The notes: generated by a model not told the origin, from the sequence alone. 64,000 nt of DNA from Candidatus Hodarchaeota archaeon (GCA_016839815.1 JAEOTM010000041.1:1-64000); one strand, 5' to 3'; positions 38,736 to 49,529 are shown, numbered from the stretch's first letter. Made by a program: numbers and translations.

Positions 38736-40439
38736 TTGAATATGACAAAAATCACCCCAGAACTATGGATGAAATCATGGGATAGTCACGTAAAAACTGA
38801 AAGTTACCCGAAAGAAAGTCTTGGCGTACTATTTGCGCGTGAAATGGCGAGATTTCCGGAGAATACCGCTTGTTGGATGATGGAACGAGAAATAACCTAC
38901 GGAGAATTACTAAGATATGTTGAAAGCTTCGCTACATTTCTACAACAGAATGGAGTTGAAAAGGGAGATGTCGTAGCGATTAGTTTAGCGAATTGTCCCC
39001 AATATATGATCGCTCATTTTGGTACCCTTCTTGCTGGATGTGTAGCCTCTGGGCTTAATCCACTCTTAAGTCCAAAAGAAGTCGCATATCAGCTAAGTGA
39101 TAGTAAGGCAAAAGTTATTGTCACTTTAGATGCCATTTATGATAAAGTTTTAACAAAAAAACTTGAAGAATTGCCTGAACTTGACATAGTAATCGCTACG
39201 AACATTTCGGAATATATGGGACTTAGTAAGCTTAAAGTATTCCTTGGTAAGAAATTGGGGAAGATTCCCCATGGAAAAATCTATGATTACCCTGGGAAGA
39301 AGGTTGAGAAATTCTCTAATGTAATGGCTGTAAATCCAGATGTGAAATCCGTAACAATTGATGTTGACCAAGATTTGGCTTGTCTCCAGTATACAGGTGG
39401 AACAACAGGATTTCCAAAAGGAACCGAACTAACACACTCAAATTTAAACGCGGAATATACTATCTTTGCTAATTGGTTGAATTTAGAGCCCGGAACAGTA
39501 ACAGCTTTATCTGCATTTCCAATGTTTCATGCTGCGGGACTTACAGTTATTTCAGAAACCATTTGGTTGTCAGGGACGCAGATCTTAATAGCTAATCCAC
39601 GTGATACGGCACAGGTTATTGAGGAAATTATTAAGCACAGACCAACGATCATTGCTAATGTCCCTACTCTCTTTGGGATGATTATGAATCACCCCAAGGC
39701 ACAAGAGATCCCAAATGAAGTACTAGATAATGTAAGCGTTTATATTTCAGGAGCTGCTCCTTTTCCTGCGGAAATGATTCGTGAATTTGAATCAAAAATG
39801 AAAGCAACCAATAAAGTGATGGAGCTTTATGGTATGACGGAAACCTCTCCTGTTTGTGTTTCTAATCCAATCCTTGGTAAAAAGAAGGTTGGAACAGTAG
39901 GTCTTACCCTTCCTGATACTGAGCTAAAGCTAGTTAATATCGAAACAGGTGAAGAGGTTGAAACGGGTGAACCTGGTGAAATCTTGGTACGAGGCCCTAT
40001 TGTAACTAGAGGATACCTCAATAAACCTGAAGCTACTGCAAATACTATTGATCCAGATGGCTGGCTCCATACGGGTGATGTCGGTGTTATGGATGAGGAG
40101 GGGTATTTAAAAATTGTAGATCGGGTAAAAGATATGCTAATTGTATCTGGATATAAAGTTTACTCTGTTCACGTCGAAGATGTACTTACAAAGCATCCAG
40201 ATATTGCTATGGTTGCTATTGTAGGTATAGATGATCCTGACCGTCCTGGAAGTGAAATTGTTCATGCTTACGTTCAACTACAGGCTGAAACCGAACCAAC
40301 CGACAGTATCAAAGAAAGTATAGAGCAATACGCTGAAGAAAATCTCTCCAAGTATGAAAAACCACGTGTTTATGAATTCCGCGAATCACTTCCCCTTACG
40401 ACGGTAGGAAAGGTCCTCAAACGAGCATTGAAGGAATAA
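38736..40439 (+). CDS. fadD: Long-chain acyl-CoA ligase (AMP-forming)
   Basis: LQYTGGTTGFPKG, YGMTETSP, GWLHTGD, IVDRVKDM, LPLTTVGK. Confidence 0.92.
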   Translation: MNMTKITPELWMKSWDSHVKTESYPKESLGVLFAREMARFPENTACWMMEREITYGELLRYVESFATFLQQNGVEKGDVVAISLANCPQYMIAHFGTLLAGCVASGLNPLLSPKEVAYQLSDSKAKVIVTLDAIYDKVLTKKLEELPELDIVIATNISEYMGLSKLKVFLGKKLGKIPHGKIYDYPGKKVEKFSNVMAVNPDVKSVTIDVDQDLACLQYTGGTTGFPKGTELTHSNLNAEYTIFANWLNLEPGTVTALSAFPMFHAAGLTVISETIWLSGTQILIANPRDTAQVIEEIIKHRPTIIANVPTLFGMIMNHPKAQEIPNEVLDNVSVYISGAAPFPAEMIREFESKMKATNKVMELYGMTETSPVCVSNPILGKKKVGTVGLTLPDTELKLVNIETGEEVETGEPGEILVRGPIVTRGYLNKPEATANTIDPDGWLHTGDVGVMDEEGYLKIVDRVKDMLIVSGYKVYSVHVEDVLTKHPDIAMVAIVGIDDPDRPGSEIVHAYVQLQAETEPTDSIKESIEQYAEENLSKYEKPRVYEFRESLPLTTVGKVLKRALKE

Positions 40440-40582
40440 ATTCCTCCTTCAATTTCTTTTCTTTTTATCCCCTTTTGTCAATAGCCTCATTATAAATCCA
40501 AAAGAGATTTATTGAGAGATTTTCGAAAATTGATTCCTCCCTCTTTCAACTTAAGTCAATGAAATTCATTTTGTGACATCTT

Positions 40583-41545
40583 ATGGAACCATTAACTCAT
40601 AAGTCCAATTCACCCCATATTGAATGGAATGAAAGCTATTATTTCTGCTTCGCTGATCCCAAAACAAATATTAGAGGGATGACCAGGGTTGGATTTAAAC
40701 CAAATAAGTCAGAAGGTATGTCATTTCTGTTTTTATTTCTTCCAGACGGAACAGCAGCAGGATATCAAACCACCGAAACTATATCTAGCTATGGGAATCC
40801 TCTTAAGGTTGGTGACATGACTCATGAAAGTAATTCTGACAATACCTGGAAATTCTCTTTTACAGGCTCAATGATTATTGTAGAGGATCCAAAACACTTT
40901 CCAAAAGTTATTAATAAGCCTGAACTAATAAAGAAAATTGTAGATGTTGAATTACATCTTGATTTTCATCCTCTAAACGAGGTTTATGAATACAGCAAAT
41001 ATATGACACCAGAATCTCGTGAGCTGGGAAAAAAATCAGGGGATGAACACTGGGAGCAAATAGCTACTGTTTCTGGGACAATTACGGTTGATGGCAATAC
41101 ATACGAGCTTGATCAAATCTTAGGCCAAAGGGATCACACATATGGAATTCGAGATTGGACTGGAGTAGGTAACTGGTTATACTATGTAGTGTGGTTTAAT
41201 CGAAACTTAGCCATTAATCCTGCGGCTATAATCGCTGATGATGGAAGATTATCTATAGGAGGATTTATGTTCAAAGATGGGGTTAATATTCCCCTTAAAA
41301 CTATAAATATTGTTGAACAATCTTTTGAGAGTGATGGAATCTTCCCTAAGACGTCTTTACTAGAAATTACTGATTGGAACGACGAAAAACATAGTCTAAA
41401 GGGATCTGTAGGTTCGATCCTACCAATTCCATTCAAAGACCCTGATGGAAATAAGTCAGTTTTAATTCAAGCCTTTGGAGAATACGAATTAGATGGTATA
41501 TCTGGTGGTTATGGTACCTTTGAGACTTTGAGAAAAATCCATTGA
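40583..41545 (+). CDS. DUF7064/7065-like (AttH/tocopherol-cyclase-like beta-barrel) protein
   Basis: WNESYYF, HWEQ…VSGTITVDG, GQRDHTYGIRDW. Confidence 0.65.
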   Translation: MEPLTHKSNSPHIEWNESYYFCFADPKTNIRGMTRVGFKPNKSEGMSFLFLFLPDGTAAGYQTTETISSYGNPLKVGDMTHESNSDNTWKFSFTGSMIIVEDPKHFPKVINKPELIKKIVDVELHLDFHPLNEVYEYSKYMTPESRELGKKSGDEHWEQIATVSGTITVDGNTYELDQILGQRDHTYGIRDWTGVGNWLYYVVWFNRNLAINPAAIIADDGRLSIGGFMFKDGVNIPLKTINIVEQSFESDGIFPKTSLLEITDWNDEKHSLKGSVGSILPIPFKDPDGNKSVLIQAFGEYELDGISGGYGTFETLRKIH

Positions 41546-41578
41546 TTAGAAGCTTAAAACAAAAATGAGATAGTTCTA

Positions 41579-44302
41579 ATGGATCACTTAATTCTCGAAC
41601 TTTCGGAATTAGCTAAAATTGAACTCCCCTTAGTTTTAGTTGGAGGGAAAGCTGCTAATTTAGGAAAACTCATTAAATATGGATTTCAAGTCCCTGATGG
41701 CATAATCATAACTACAAATGTATACGACCAATTTATTGAGAATAATGGTCTAAAAGAAGATATTACTAAAGAATTGGATTTAATTGATTATTCAGACATA
41801 AATACTATTGAAAAAACTGCTAAGAATATCCAAGAGTCCATCAGAAAGGCTTTACTCCCTCCTCAGCTTACAAAATTCATACTTAATAATGAAAGAATTG
41901 ACAAATTATCGCCAATTGCTATTAGATCATCTGCTACTGCCGAAGATCTTCCTACCGCATCTTTTGCAGGACAACAAGAAACTTTTCTTAATGTCCATGA
42001 GAAAAATCAAATTCTCCATTATATAAAAGAATGTTTTGCATCTTTATGGAGTACTCGGACGATTGTGTACCGGAACCAACATAAAATCCCTCAAGAAACA
42101 GTAAAACTTGCTATAATTTTACAAATGATGATTTCAGGTGTTAGTGCTGGAGTTATCTTCACCCAAAGTCCATTCTCACCTAATAAAGATGATATATTAA
42201 TTGAATCTACACAAGGATTAGGTGAATCCTTAGTTTCAGGCCAGATTTCTCCCGATCAATTCAGTATTAGAAGGCGTGAAATTCAATCTAAAGAGAGTTT
42301 TGAAATTATTTCAAGGGAAATCACTCATAAAGAGTTCATCTTTAAGAATGGAGAAGTAGGTATTGAAAAAATTCCCCTTTCAGTAGAGGAACAGACTGAA
42401 CCTTCTATTTCTGATGAACAAGTTCTTCATTTAGCAGACATAAGTAAAAAAATTGAAAATTCGTTTGGCTCACCACAAGACATAGAATGGGTCTACAGCA
42501 GTGAAAATATACTTTATATTACTCAATCTCGGCCAATCACAACAACTCAATTAGCTATAAACCAGAAGGATGCTACATTCTGGACTAGAGGATATGCTGA
42601 TGATTACTGGAATGATCCTACGTCTCCATTATTTTTTGATCTTTTAGGAACTCAATTAAAATTAATTGTCAATACTGAATTAAATAGCATAATGGGTTAT
42701 CCAAAGATCAGTGATGAGCTTCTATATTTACATCATAGTCATGTTTATTTCAATCTTGAGACTTTAATGAGAAAAGTAGAGTATGAAATCCCTCCATTTA
42801 TTCGAACAGATGATGTTTTGAATTATTTTCCTGAAGGATCAGGAGTTTATGGAAAAAAAACCGTGCGTAAAATGCCTTTTCGGTTGGGTAAACGCATTAT
42901 CTCTGAACTAAGAGTCATACTTCATGATAATGCAAATGGATCAATCCTAAATACAGCTAAAACTTATCAAAAATGGACAGAGGAAGAATTCTGGCCTTTC
43001 TGTAAAGAATTTGATAGCCTATTGTCAAAATATGTAAAAAAGGGAAAAATCACGACAATTATAGAATTAGGAGATACTCTTGAACATAAAATGGCATCAC
43101 ACTTTCGAATGGTCAGATATGGGATACCTGTCCACAATATTGGGATGAATCTACTTTCGACTTACCTCTTGACCCGTTTTATCGGAAAAGATCTCGCTAG
43201 AGGGTTATACCCGATTTTGATCTCAGGATTATGGCATAAAGCGTCCGAAACGAATGAACAAGTACAAAATCTCGCAGCAAAAGGTTTTTCGTATCCAAAA
43301 TTACTACATCTCATTCAAAACAACGAATCTGTAAAGCTCTATTCAATTTTGAAAAATAATCATGAAGATGCCAGAGTTAAAGCATTCATAGATAGTCTGG
43401 AGGAGTTCTTACAACTATATGGAGATAGAGGTTTTGCACGAGAAATGTGTTATCCACGATGGAGAGAAGATCCTTCTTATGTGTTGGATCAAATAAAGGG
43501 CCTTGTAAATGATCAGAAGGTGGATACCAATATGCTAAAGACTCAAAGTATGAAACGACGACAACGAGTAGAGGGTTTTGTAGCTTATAGGATACGATCA
43601 ACTCGTTTTGGCTTTTTGAAGTATAAATTCTTTCATACGGTCCTAAACTTGGCTCGAAAATACATAATTTTTCGAGAAAATCAGCGATACAATCTTGACA
43701 AGTGGATTACTAGGAATAGAAACTTGTATCTGGAAATTGGGAAGGATATGGTAGTTAAAGGATATCTAAATGATCCCACAGATATCTTCTTTTTGTATAA
43801 GCGTGAAATACAGAAAATTCTATCCCATTCCATAAACATAAAACCTCAGAAGCTCTTGAGGATTATCCAAAATAGAAAAGATGACTTTAAAAAGTATGAA
43901 TTTGCCATACCACCTAAATTTTTACACGGATTACGTGAATTTGATGATCCTATCTCTAAATCGGATAATAAATATATTTTTAAGGGTATTCCAGCAAGTC
44001 ATGGGACTATTACTGCAAGAACTCTAATTCTTACGGATATTAGACAAGTCTCATCAGTGAAGGCAGGAGACATTCTTATTGTTCCGAAAACAGATCCTGG
44101 ATGGACTCCTATATTTGCAAAAATTGGAGGATTAATTACAGAAACAGGGGGGATTCTTTCTCATGGAGCTGTTGTCAGTCGAGAGTATGGAATTCCGAGT
44201 GTTACCAACGTAATCAATGCTTGTACCATATTTAAGTCTGGTATGACTGTGAGGATAGACGGGACGAAAGGCATTGTCAAAATTCTAAGTGATCCTGATT
44301 AG
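41579..44302 (+). CDS. PPDK-type small-molecule phosphotransferase (rifampin phosphotransferase/YvkC/PigC architecture)
   Basis: ATP-grasp VGGKAANLG, IRSSATAED, SFAGQQET, DIEW, QSRPIT; central substrate domain; phospho-His swivel TDPGWTP…GGILSHGAVVSREYGIP; no PEP-binding TIM barrel. Confidence 0.88.
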   Translation: MDHLILELSELAKIELPLVLVGGKAANLGKLIKYGFQVPDGIIITTNVYDQFIENNGLKEDITKELDLIDYSDINTIEKTAKNIQESIRKALLPPQLTKFILNNERIDKLSPIAIRSSATAEDLPTASFAGQQETFLNVHEKNQILHYIKECFASLWSTRTIVYRNQHKIPQETVKLAIILQMMISGVSAGVIFTQSPFSPNKDDILIESTQGLGESLVSGQISPDQFSIRRREIQSKESFEIISREITHKEFIFKNGEVGIEKIPLSVEEQTEPSISDEQVLHLADISKKIENSFGSPQDIEWVYSSENILYITQSRPITTTQLAINQKDATFWTRGYADDYWNDPTSPLFFDLLGTQLKLIVNTELNSIMGYPKISDELLYLHHSHVYFNLETLMRKVEYEIPPFIRTDDVLNYFPEGSGVYGKKTVRKMPFRLGKRIISELRVILHDNANGSILNTAKTYQKWTEEEFWPFCKEFDSLLSKYVKKGKITTIIELGDTLEHKMASHFRMVRYGIPVHNIGMNLLSTYLLTRFIGKDLARGLYPILISGLWHKASETNEQVQNLAAKGFSYPKLLHLIQNNESVKLYSILKNNHEDARVKAFIDSLEEFLQLYGDRGFAREMCYPRWREDPSYVLDQIKGLVNDQKVDTNMLKTQSMKRRQRVEGFVAYRIRSTRFGFLKYKFFHTVLNLARKYIIFRENQRYNLDKWITRNRNLYLEIGKDMVVKGYLNDPTDIFFLYKREIQKILSHSINIKPQKLLRIIQNRKDDFKKYEFAIPPKFLHGLREFDDPISKSDNKYIFKGIPASHGTITARTLILTDIRQVSSVKAGDILIVPKTDPGWTPIFAKIGGLITETGGILSHGAVVSREYGIPSVTNVINACTIFKSGMTVRIDGTKGIVKILSDPD

Positions 44303-44421
44303 TCCCAATTACAAGTGTAGAAATAAATGAGTGATGGGTGGGATCTGTGAAGACTTTTGGGATTGATGAGGGAACAAATTTTTCTGATACATATGAGATT
44401 GTATGATTCGGAGAAATTTCA

Positions 44422-45786
44422 ATGGATTCAGATGCGAACATTGTAATAATCGGTGCAGGAAGTGCCAGTTTTGGCTTAGATAATTTAAGCGGCATTATTG
44501 CTCATGAAGATCTACAAAATACAACCCTAAAGCTTGTAGATATTAATGAACAGAATTTAAACGCGATAAAAGCCTTAGGAAAGGTTATGAAGCATAAATG
44601 GGACTCAAGCATTGAAATTCTATCCTATCTTGATAGAAAGCAAGCTCTTATCGATGCTGATTACGTAATACTATCGGTTGCTATTGACCGCGAAGAAACT
44701 TGGTTGAAGGATTTTCAAATTGCACAGAAATATGGTTATTACCATTATGCAGAAAATGGTCTGATGGGATCCTTTGGACATACCGCAAGGGGATTAGCAA
44801 TCATTATGCCAATTTTAAATGATATTCATGATCTAGCTCCTGATAGTTGGCTCATTAACTTTACCAATCCAGTCCCTAGAATTGGTTACGCAGCAGAATA
44901 TGCTGGAATAAAATCTATTGGTTTATGTCATCAAATCTGGCATGGATATGGAATTCTTGGCATGTATCTAGCTAATGACTTAGGAATCACAGAAAATCTT
45001 GACCTCGAAGTAAAATGGACAGATGAAAGCCAACAGAAATTTTCTAAGTTTGTGATAGAAGCAGCTGGAGAGTTCGATATAAAAGCAGCTGGCTTAAATC
45101 ATTTTGCTTGGATGATGGATGTAAGAAGGCTAGATACCAATGAAGATGTCTATCCACTGGTTCGTCAAGAAGCAGAGAAAGTCCACCCAAATTTTGAACC
45201 TTTAACCAAACACATATACGATATTTTTGGATTATTACCCATTGTAGGGGATTGTCATCTTATTGAATATCTACCGTATACTTTTTCAAAAGAAAATTGG
45301 GAGATGTATCGTATTCAGCTATATGATTTTGAGAGGGGTAAGAAATCACGAGAACAAATGTGGAATCGGATAAATGATATTATTTCAGGGAAAAGAGAAC
45401 TAGATATCCAGCCTAATCCTACAGAAAGAGCAGATGCTATTATTGGAGAGATACTTACCAATTCAAATACTTATGAACAATCAGTTAATATAGTAAATAG
45501 AGGTACCATCTCAAATCTCCCCGATGATGCCATTGTAGAAGCTCCAGCACTAGTTAACTCCTATGGAATCACAGGAATGAAAATGGGAAAATTACCAGAA
45601 GCAATTGCAGCTCTTTGTCAACGTGAAATATCAATTGCTAAATTGATAACCAAAAGTTCAATTTTAGGAGATAGAGAAGCGGCACTCCAAGCGTTTGCAT
45701 TAATGCTTCCTGATTTGTCATTAGCTGAACAGATGCTCGATGATTATCTGGTAACCCATAAAAAATATCTCCCCCAATTCTCATGA
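44422..45786 (+). CDS. GH4 NAD+/Mn2+-dependent glycosidase, alpha-galactosidase MelA-like
   Basis: IGAGSASF, INFTNP, GLCH, AGLNHF, HLIEYLP, NLPDDAIVE. Confidence 0.88.
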   Translation: MDSDANIVIIGAGSASFGLDNLSGIIAHEDLQNTTLKLVDINEQNLNAIKALGKVMKHKWDSSIEILSYLDRKQALIDADYVILSVAIDREETWLKDFQIAQKYGYYHYAENGLMGSFGHTARGLAIIMPILNDIHDLAPDSWLINFTNPVPRIGYAAEYAGIKSIGLCHQIWHGYGILGMYLANDLGITENLDLEVKWTDESQQKFSKFVIEAAGEFDIKAAGLNHFAWMMDVRRLDTNEDVYPLVRQEAEKVHPNFEPLTKHIYDIFGLLPIVGDCHLIEYLPYTFSKENWEMYRIQLYDFERGKKSREQMWNRINDIISGKRELDIQPNPTERADAIIGEILTNSNTYEQSVNIVNRGTISNLPDDAIVEAPALVNSYGITGMKMGKLPEAIAALCQREISIAKLITKSSILGDREAALQAFALMLPDLSLAEQMLDDYLVTHKKYLPQFS

Positions 45787-45797
45787 TGGCATATTGA

Positions 45798-46145
45798 TTA
45801 AGCTGGTTCCCAAACGAATCCAGAAATTGCCCGATTATCAATGGTTCGTACTTCTTTCCATGTAGCAACAAGATTCATGCCAATCCGAAGAGATTCGAGG
45901 TTATCTACCGCAAGCTGACCTGTGTATCGAACCTCACCAAGATCAACTATTCCCAAAAACAACGAACGAGTACTTATTCCAGTTGGGGGTGCTTTCAATT
46001 GCGTAAATGTAACCAATGTTCCTTGTTTTGATAGGGGTACTTCGTCAAACTCGCGATGTTTGCATTGTAGACATCGACCATGACGTGGATAATGCATTTT
46101 TCCACAATTAAGACATTTAAATCCAGTAGGTATACGTTCAGACAT
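45798..46145 (-). CDS. DUF35 Zn-ribbon/OB-fold thiolase partner
   Basis: CLNCG…YPRHGRCLQC, GTLVTFT, LRIGMNL; directly downstream of the thiolase. Confidence 0.9.
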   Translation of the reverse strand: MSERIPTGFKCLNCGKMHYPRHGRCLQCKHREFDEVPLSKQGTLVTFTQLKAPPTGISTRSLFLGIVDLGEVRYTGQLAVDNLESLRIGMNLVATWKEVRTIDNRAISGFVWEPA

Positions 46146-46152
46146 TTTTATT

Positions 46153-47340
46153 TTACTCCTCAAGACGAGATAAGATCGTCGACACTACATTATTCCCAAA
46201 TCCACCGAAATTTACAGCATATCCATGGGTCGGGTTATTAGGAACTTGCCTTTCTCCTGCTTCTCCTCGTAATTGCCATACCAATTCACATATTTGAGCT
46301 ACTCCCGTAGCTCCTACAGGATGACCGCGTGCTTTTAATCCTCCCGAAGTATTTACTGGAAATTTTCCTGAAAGCTCTGTTTCTCCTTCACGAATGGCCA
46401 AATGGGCCTTACCACGTTCGTAAAATCCTGCAGATTCTAATTCGGCTAATTCCAGAATCTCAAATGCATCATGAATTTCTGCAAAATCAATATCTGCATG
46501 AGATAATCCAGCCATGGTGAATGCTTGATCTGAAGCAAGTTTTACTGCTTTCAAAAAAGTAGGATCCTCTCGTTCATGCACAGCCATTGTATCCATCGCC
46601 TGTCCTGTACCAGCAAATTTGATTAGAGGCCTCCTTTGAATTTCTCGAGCTTTTTCCATTGAACACATAATAAGTGCTGCAGCACCATCGGTCACAGGAC
46701 ACATATCATAGAGATGAAGTGGATCAGCGATCATTGGATTGTTAAGACTCGCTTCTCTACTTGTTAAAATTCCCTCCATGGTTATATTTTGCTGGATATG
46801 GGCATGTGGATTCTTTAAGCCATTTTGGTGATTTTTAATGGCCACTCTTGCAAGATCTTCTGATGTCACTCCATATTTTTCGAAATATAATCTTGCTAGT
46901 AATGCTCCTAGACTTGGAAAAGTAATACCATAGATATATTCTGCTTCTGGATGTGCCATGGTAGCTACAAAGTCTGTAACTACCGGTCCTGGAGCTACTC
47001 GCATTTTTTCTCCACCTGTAATCATCACTACATCATGTAGGCCTGAAGCAATGGCCATGTAGCCAATGCGTGCAGCTGTTGCTCCAGAAGCAGGCCCATT
47101 TTCAATAGAAGCTCCGACAGCTGGAAAAAGGTTGAGATAATCAATCAAGGCAGAGCCTAAAGCCGTCTGATTATTAATCCTTCCTGCTCCCATATTTGCT
47201 ACGAAGACTGCATCAATCTCATCAGTTCCCGCATCATCAATTGCTGATAGAGAGGCTTCAGCCATCATCTCAATGAGAGAACCGCTGTATTTTCCCCAGC
47301 GACTTCCCATTCCAACGCCAATAATGGCAACGTCACGCAT
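46153..47340 (-). CDS. SCP2/archaeal-type thiolase-fold protein lacking the nucleophilic Cys
   Basis: MRDVAIIGVG, IENGPASG, GGEKM, KNHQNG, CPVTDGAAA, EIHDAF, NTSGGLKARGHPVGATG. Confidence 0.9.
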   Translation of the reverse strand: MRDVAIIGVGMGSRWGKYSGSLIEMMAEASLSAIDDAGTDEIDAVFVANMGAGRINNQTALGSALIDYLNLFPAVGASIENGPASGATAARIGYMAIASGLHDVVMITGGEKMRVAPGPVVTDFVATMAHPEAEYIYGITFPSLGALLARLYFEKYGVTSEDLARVAIKNHQNGLKNPHAHIQQNITMEGILTSREASLNNPMIADPLHLYDMCPVTDGAAALIMCSMEKAREIQRRPLIKFAGTGQAMDTMAVHEREDPTFLKAVKLASDQAFTMAGLSHADIDFAEIHDAFEILELAELESAGFYERGKAHLAIREGETELSGKFPVNTSGGLKARGHPVGATGVAQICELVWQLRGEAGERQVPNNPTHGYAVNFGGFGNNVVSTILSRLEE

Positions 47341-48069
47341 TTAAAGTCCCTTCAGAAATTCTTCCTTTGATATTCCAGTGATCTGGTAAGTAACATCCTT
47401 AGGTAATAGAATATTCTCTGTAACAGTTTTCAGGTATTCTTCAGGTACTGGTCGATTTTCTGTGCCAAAACAGCGTTCAGGTTTGACGTATGATTCCCAA
47501 TTCTTTCTAGTGAGGACATAAGAAGGTACTCCTCCTATTGGATGCTCAAACTCGAAGTTTTCCTCCAACCGTAATTCTTCCATCCATCTACGAAATCCAA
47601 TATGGGACTCAGCAACGATCTTTACTTCATCATTCTGGAGATAATCCAGGTGATGCTCCATCTTAGCGACAAATAAATGAGCTCCTACACGCAATCCTCT
47701 TTTAAAGGTCATTGTGTGATAAGAAATACCGATCTTAGGATTATTAAAACTTAAATACCCATTTACTAGTCCTAGTACTTCTCCCGTTTCATGAACTTGT
47801 CCCAAGAGGACATATTCATCCTGTACACGATATTGTACATAGGCTAACAATTCGCCTAGAATTCTTGCTCCTACAAGATCATAAAAGTCGTTATTAATCT
47901 TGACAATATCATAAAAGAGTGGAATGACTTTTTTGGTCTCTTCTCTTGTAATCTGACGAACAACCATCTTCGAGCCATCAACAAGATTGATGAATTTAGC
48001 TGGATAGGGATTATTTTCTGGATTTATTTTATTCGGCTTTGGCCTTAGAATATCTTCATCTGCTGACAT
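47341..48069 (-). CDS. Conserved GNAT-like (N-acyltransferase-fold) protein, ATG start 48069
   Basis: MVVRQITREE start, acyl-CoA-binding-like HTMTFKRGLRVGAHLF, AESHIGF; abuts the thiolase start. Confidence 0.6.
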   Translation of the reverse strand: MSADEDILRPKPNKINPENNPYPAKFINLVDGSKMVVRQITREETKKVIPLFYDIVKINNDFYDLVGARILGELLAYVQYRVQDEYVLLGQVHETGEVLGLVNGYLSFNNPKIGISYHTMTFKRGLRVGAHLFVAKMEHHLDYLQNDEVKIVAESHIGFRRWMEELRLEENFEFEHPIGGVPSYVLTRKNWESYVKPERCFGTENRPVPEEYLKTVTENILLPKDVTYQITGISKEEFLKGL

Positions 48070-48251
48070 TTGTAACAACTCAATATTGCATTTGAATTTC
48101 AATGTGAAATTTGATTCGGTAACTAAGAGGTCTGATTGTAGATTAAAAATCCTTTCTTGCAAATAAAAATATAGTAGTCTGTTTAGAATTCTGGTAAATG
48201 ACGCTTTGGGTAAATTCCGCAAATATCTGGGTTTTTAGAGGAGAACTACAA

Positions 48252-49529
48252 TTGACTATACACTTTACATTAGATGAACAGTGTGCCTTAAAACTGGATT
48301 CAGAGGATCCTCTTGCAGAGTATCGACACCAATTTTATATACCACCAAACATTATCTATTTAGATGGTAACTCCTTAGGGTTGTTTTCGAAAGAAGCTGA
48401 ACAATCTCTAGCTAGAGTAATTGATGAATGGAAACAATTAGCAATCCTCGGATGGTTTAAACCGAAGAAATCCTGGTTCTATTTTGGAGAAGATCTTGGA
48501 GCTTTGGCCTCATCACTAGTTGGAGCAGAACCTAATGAAGTGGTTGCCACAGGGACGACCACAATTAATCTTCACTCCTTAGTAAGTACTTTTTATCATC
48601 CAGAGGAAGGAAAACGTTCTAAGATTATTGCAGATGAGTTAGATTTTCCCACAGATATTTATGCATTGAAAAGTCAAATTAAACTCAAAAACTTAAATCC
48701 TGAGGAACATCTCATACTTGTTCCCAGTGATGATGGACGTACTATTGACGAAAAAAAAATCGTTGAATATATGAATGACGATGTAGCACTAATTCTTTTA
48801 CCTTCGGTTTTATATAGAAGTGGTCAGCTATTCGATATGGAATTTTTAACCAAAGAAGCAAATGACCAGAATATTCCTATTGGATGGGATTGTAGCCATT
48901 CTGTTGGTGTTGTGCCTCATAAATTTAACGAATGGGGTGTAGATTTTGCCTTCTGGTGTAGTTATAAATATTTAAATTCTGGTCCCGGTGGAACTGCATT
49001 TCTTTACCTTAATAAAAAGCATTTTGAGAAAGAGCCAGGATTAGCAGGTTGGTTTGGTTATGAAAAGGATAAACAATTTGACATGTCGTTAGACTTCGTT
49101 CATGCTAAATCTGCAGGAGGATGGCAAATATCGAGCTCAAATATTCTATGTTCAGCTCCAATTGAAGGGGCGTTAAACCTTACACTTAAGGCAGGAATTC
49201 AAAATATTCGGCATAAATCACTACAACAGACAAATTACCTGATTTATCTAGTAGACTCCATTCTTTCAGATGATCCGTATAATTTTCGTGTAGGTACACC
49301 TAGAATTCCTGAAAAAAGATCAGGCCACATAGCTGTCGAGCACGATACTGAAGCTAGGCGTATTACCGATTGTTTGCGAATCAAGTACAATGTTATTAGT
49401 GATTTCCGTCCTCCTAATGTTATAAGACTTGCACCTATTGCGTTATATAATACCTATCACGAGATTTGGTTGGTTGTTCAGGATCTGAAGAAAATAATTG
49501 ATGAAAAAGAATATGAAAAAATCGATTAA
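48252..49529 (+). CDS. kynU: Kynureninase (TTG start 48252)
   Basis: YLDGNSLG, FPTDIY, WDCSHSVG, WCSYKYLNSGPG, GWFG, DFRPP, APIALYN. Confidence 0.93.
   Translation: MTIHFTLDEQCALKLDSEDPLAEYRHQFYIPPNIIYLDGNSLGLFSKEAEQSLARVIDEWKQLAILGWFKPKKSWFYFGEDLGALASSLVGAEPNEVVATGTTTINLHSLVSTFYHPEEGKRSKIIADELDFPTDIYALKSQIKLKNLNPEEHLILVPSDDGRTIDEKKIVEYMNDDVALILLPSVLYRSGQLFDMEFLTKEANDQNIPIGWDCSHSVGVVPHKFNEWGVDFAFWCSYKYLNSGPGGTAFLYLNKKHFEKEPGLAGWFGYEKDKQFDMSLDFVHAKSAGGWQISSSNILCSAPIEGALNLTLKAGIQNIRHKSLQQTNYLIYLVDSILSDDPYNFRVGTPRIPEKRSGHIAVEHDTEARRITDCLRIKYNVISDFRPPNVIRLAPIALYNTYHEIWLVVQDLKKIIDEKEYEKID

Noticed and set aside
44330-44410. Possible C/D-box sRNA (TGATGA at 44364-44369, CTGA at 44384-44387)
   Set aside because: Second box pair is not convincing and I could not identify an rRNA/tRNA-complementary guide
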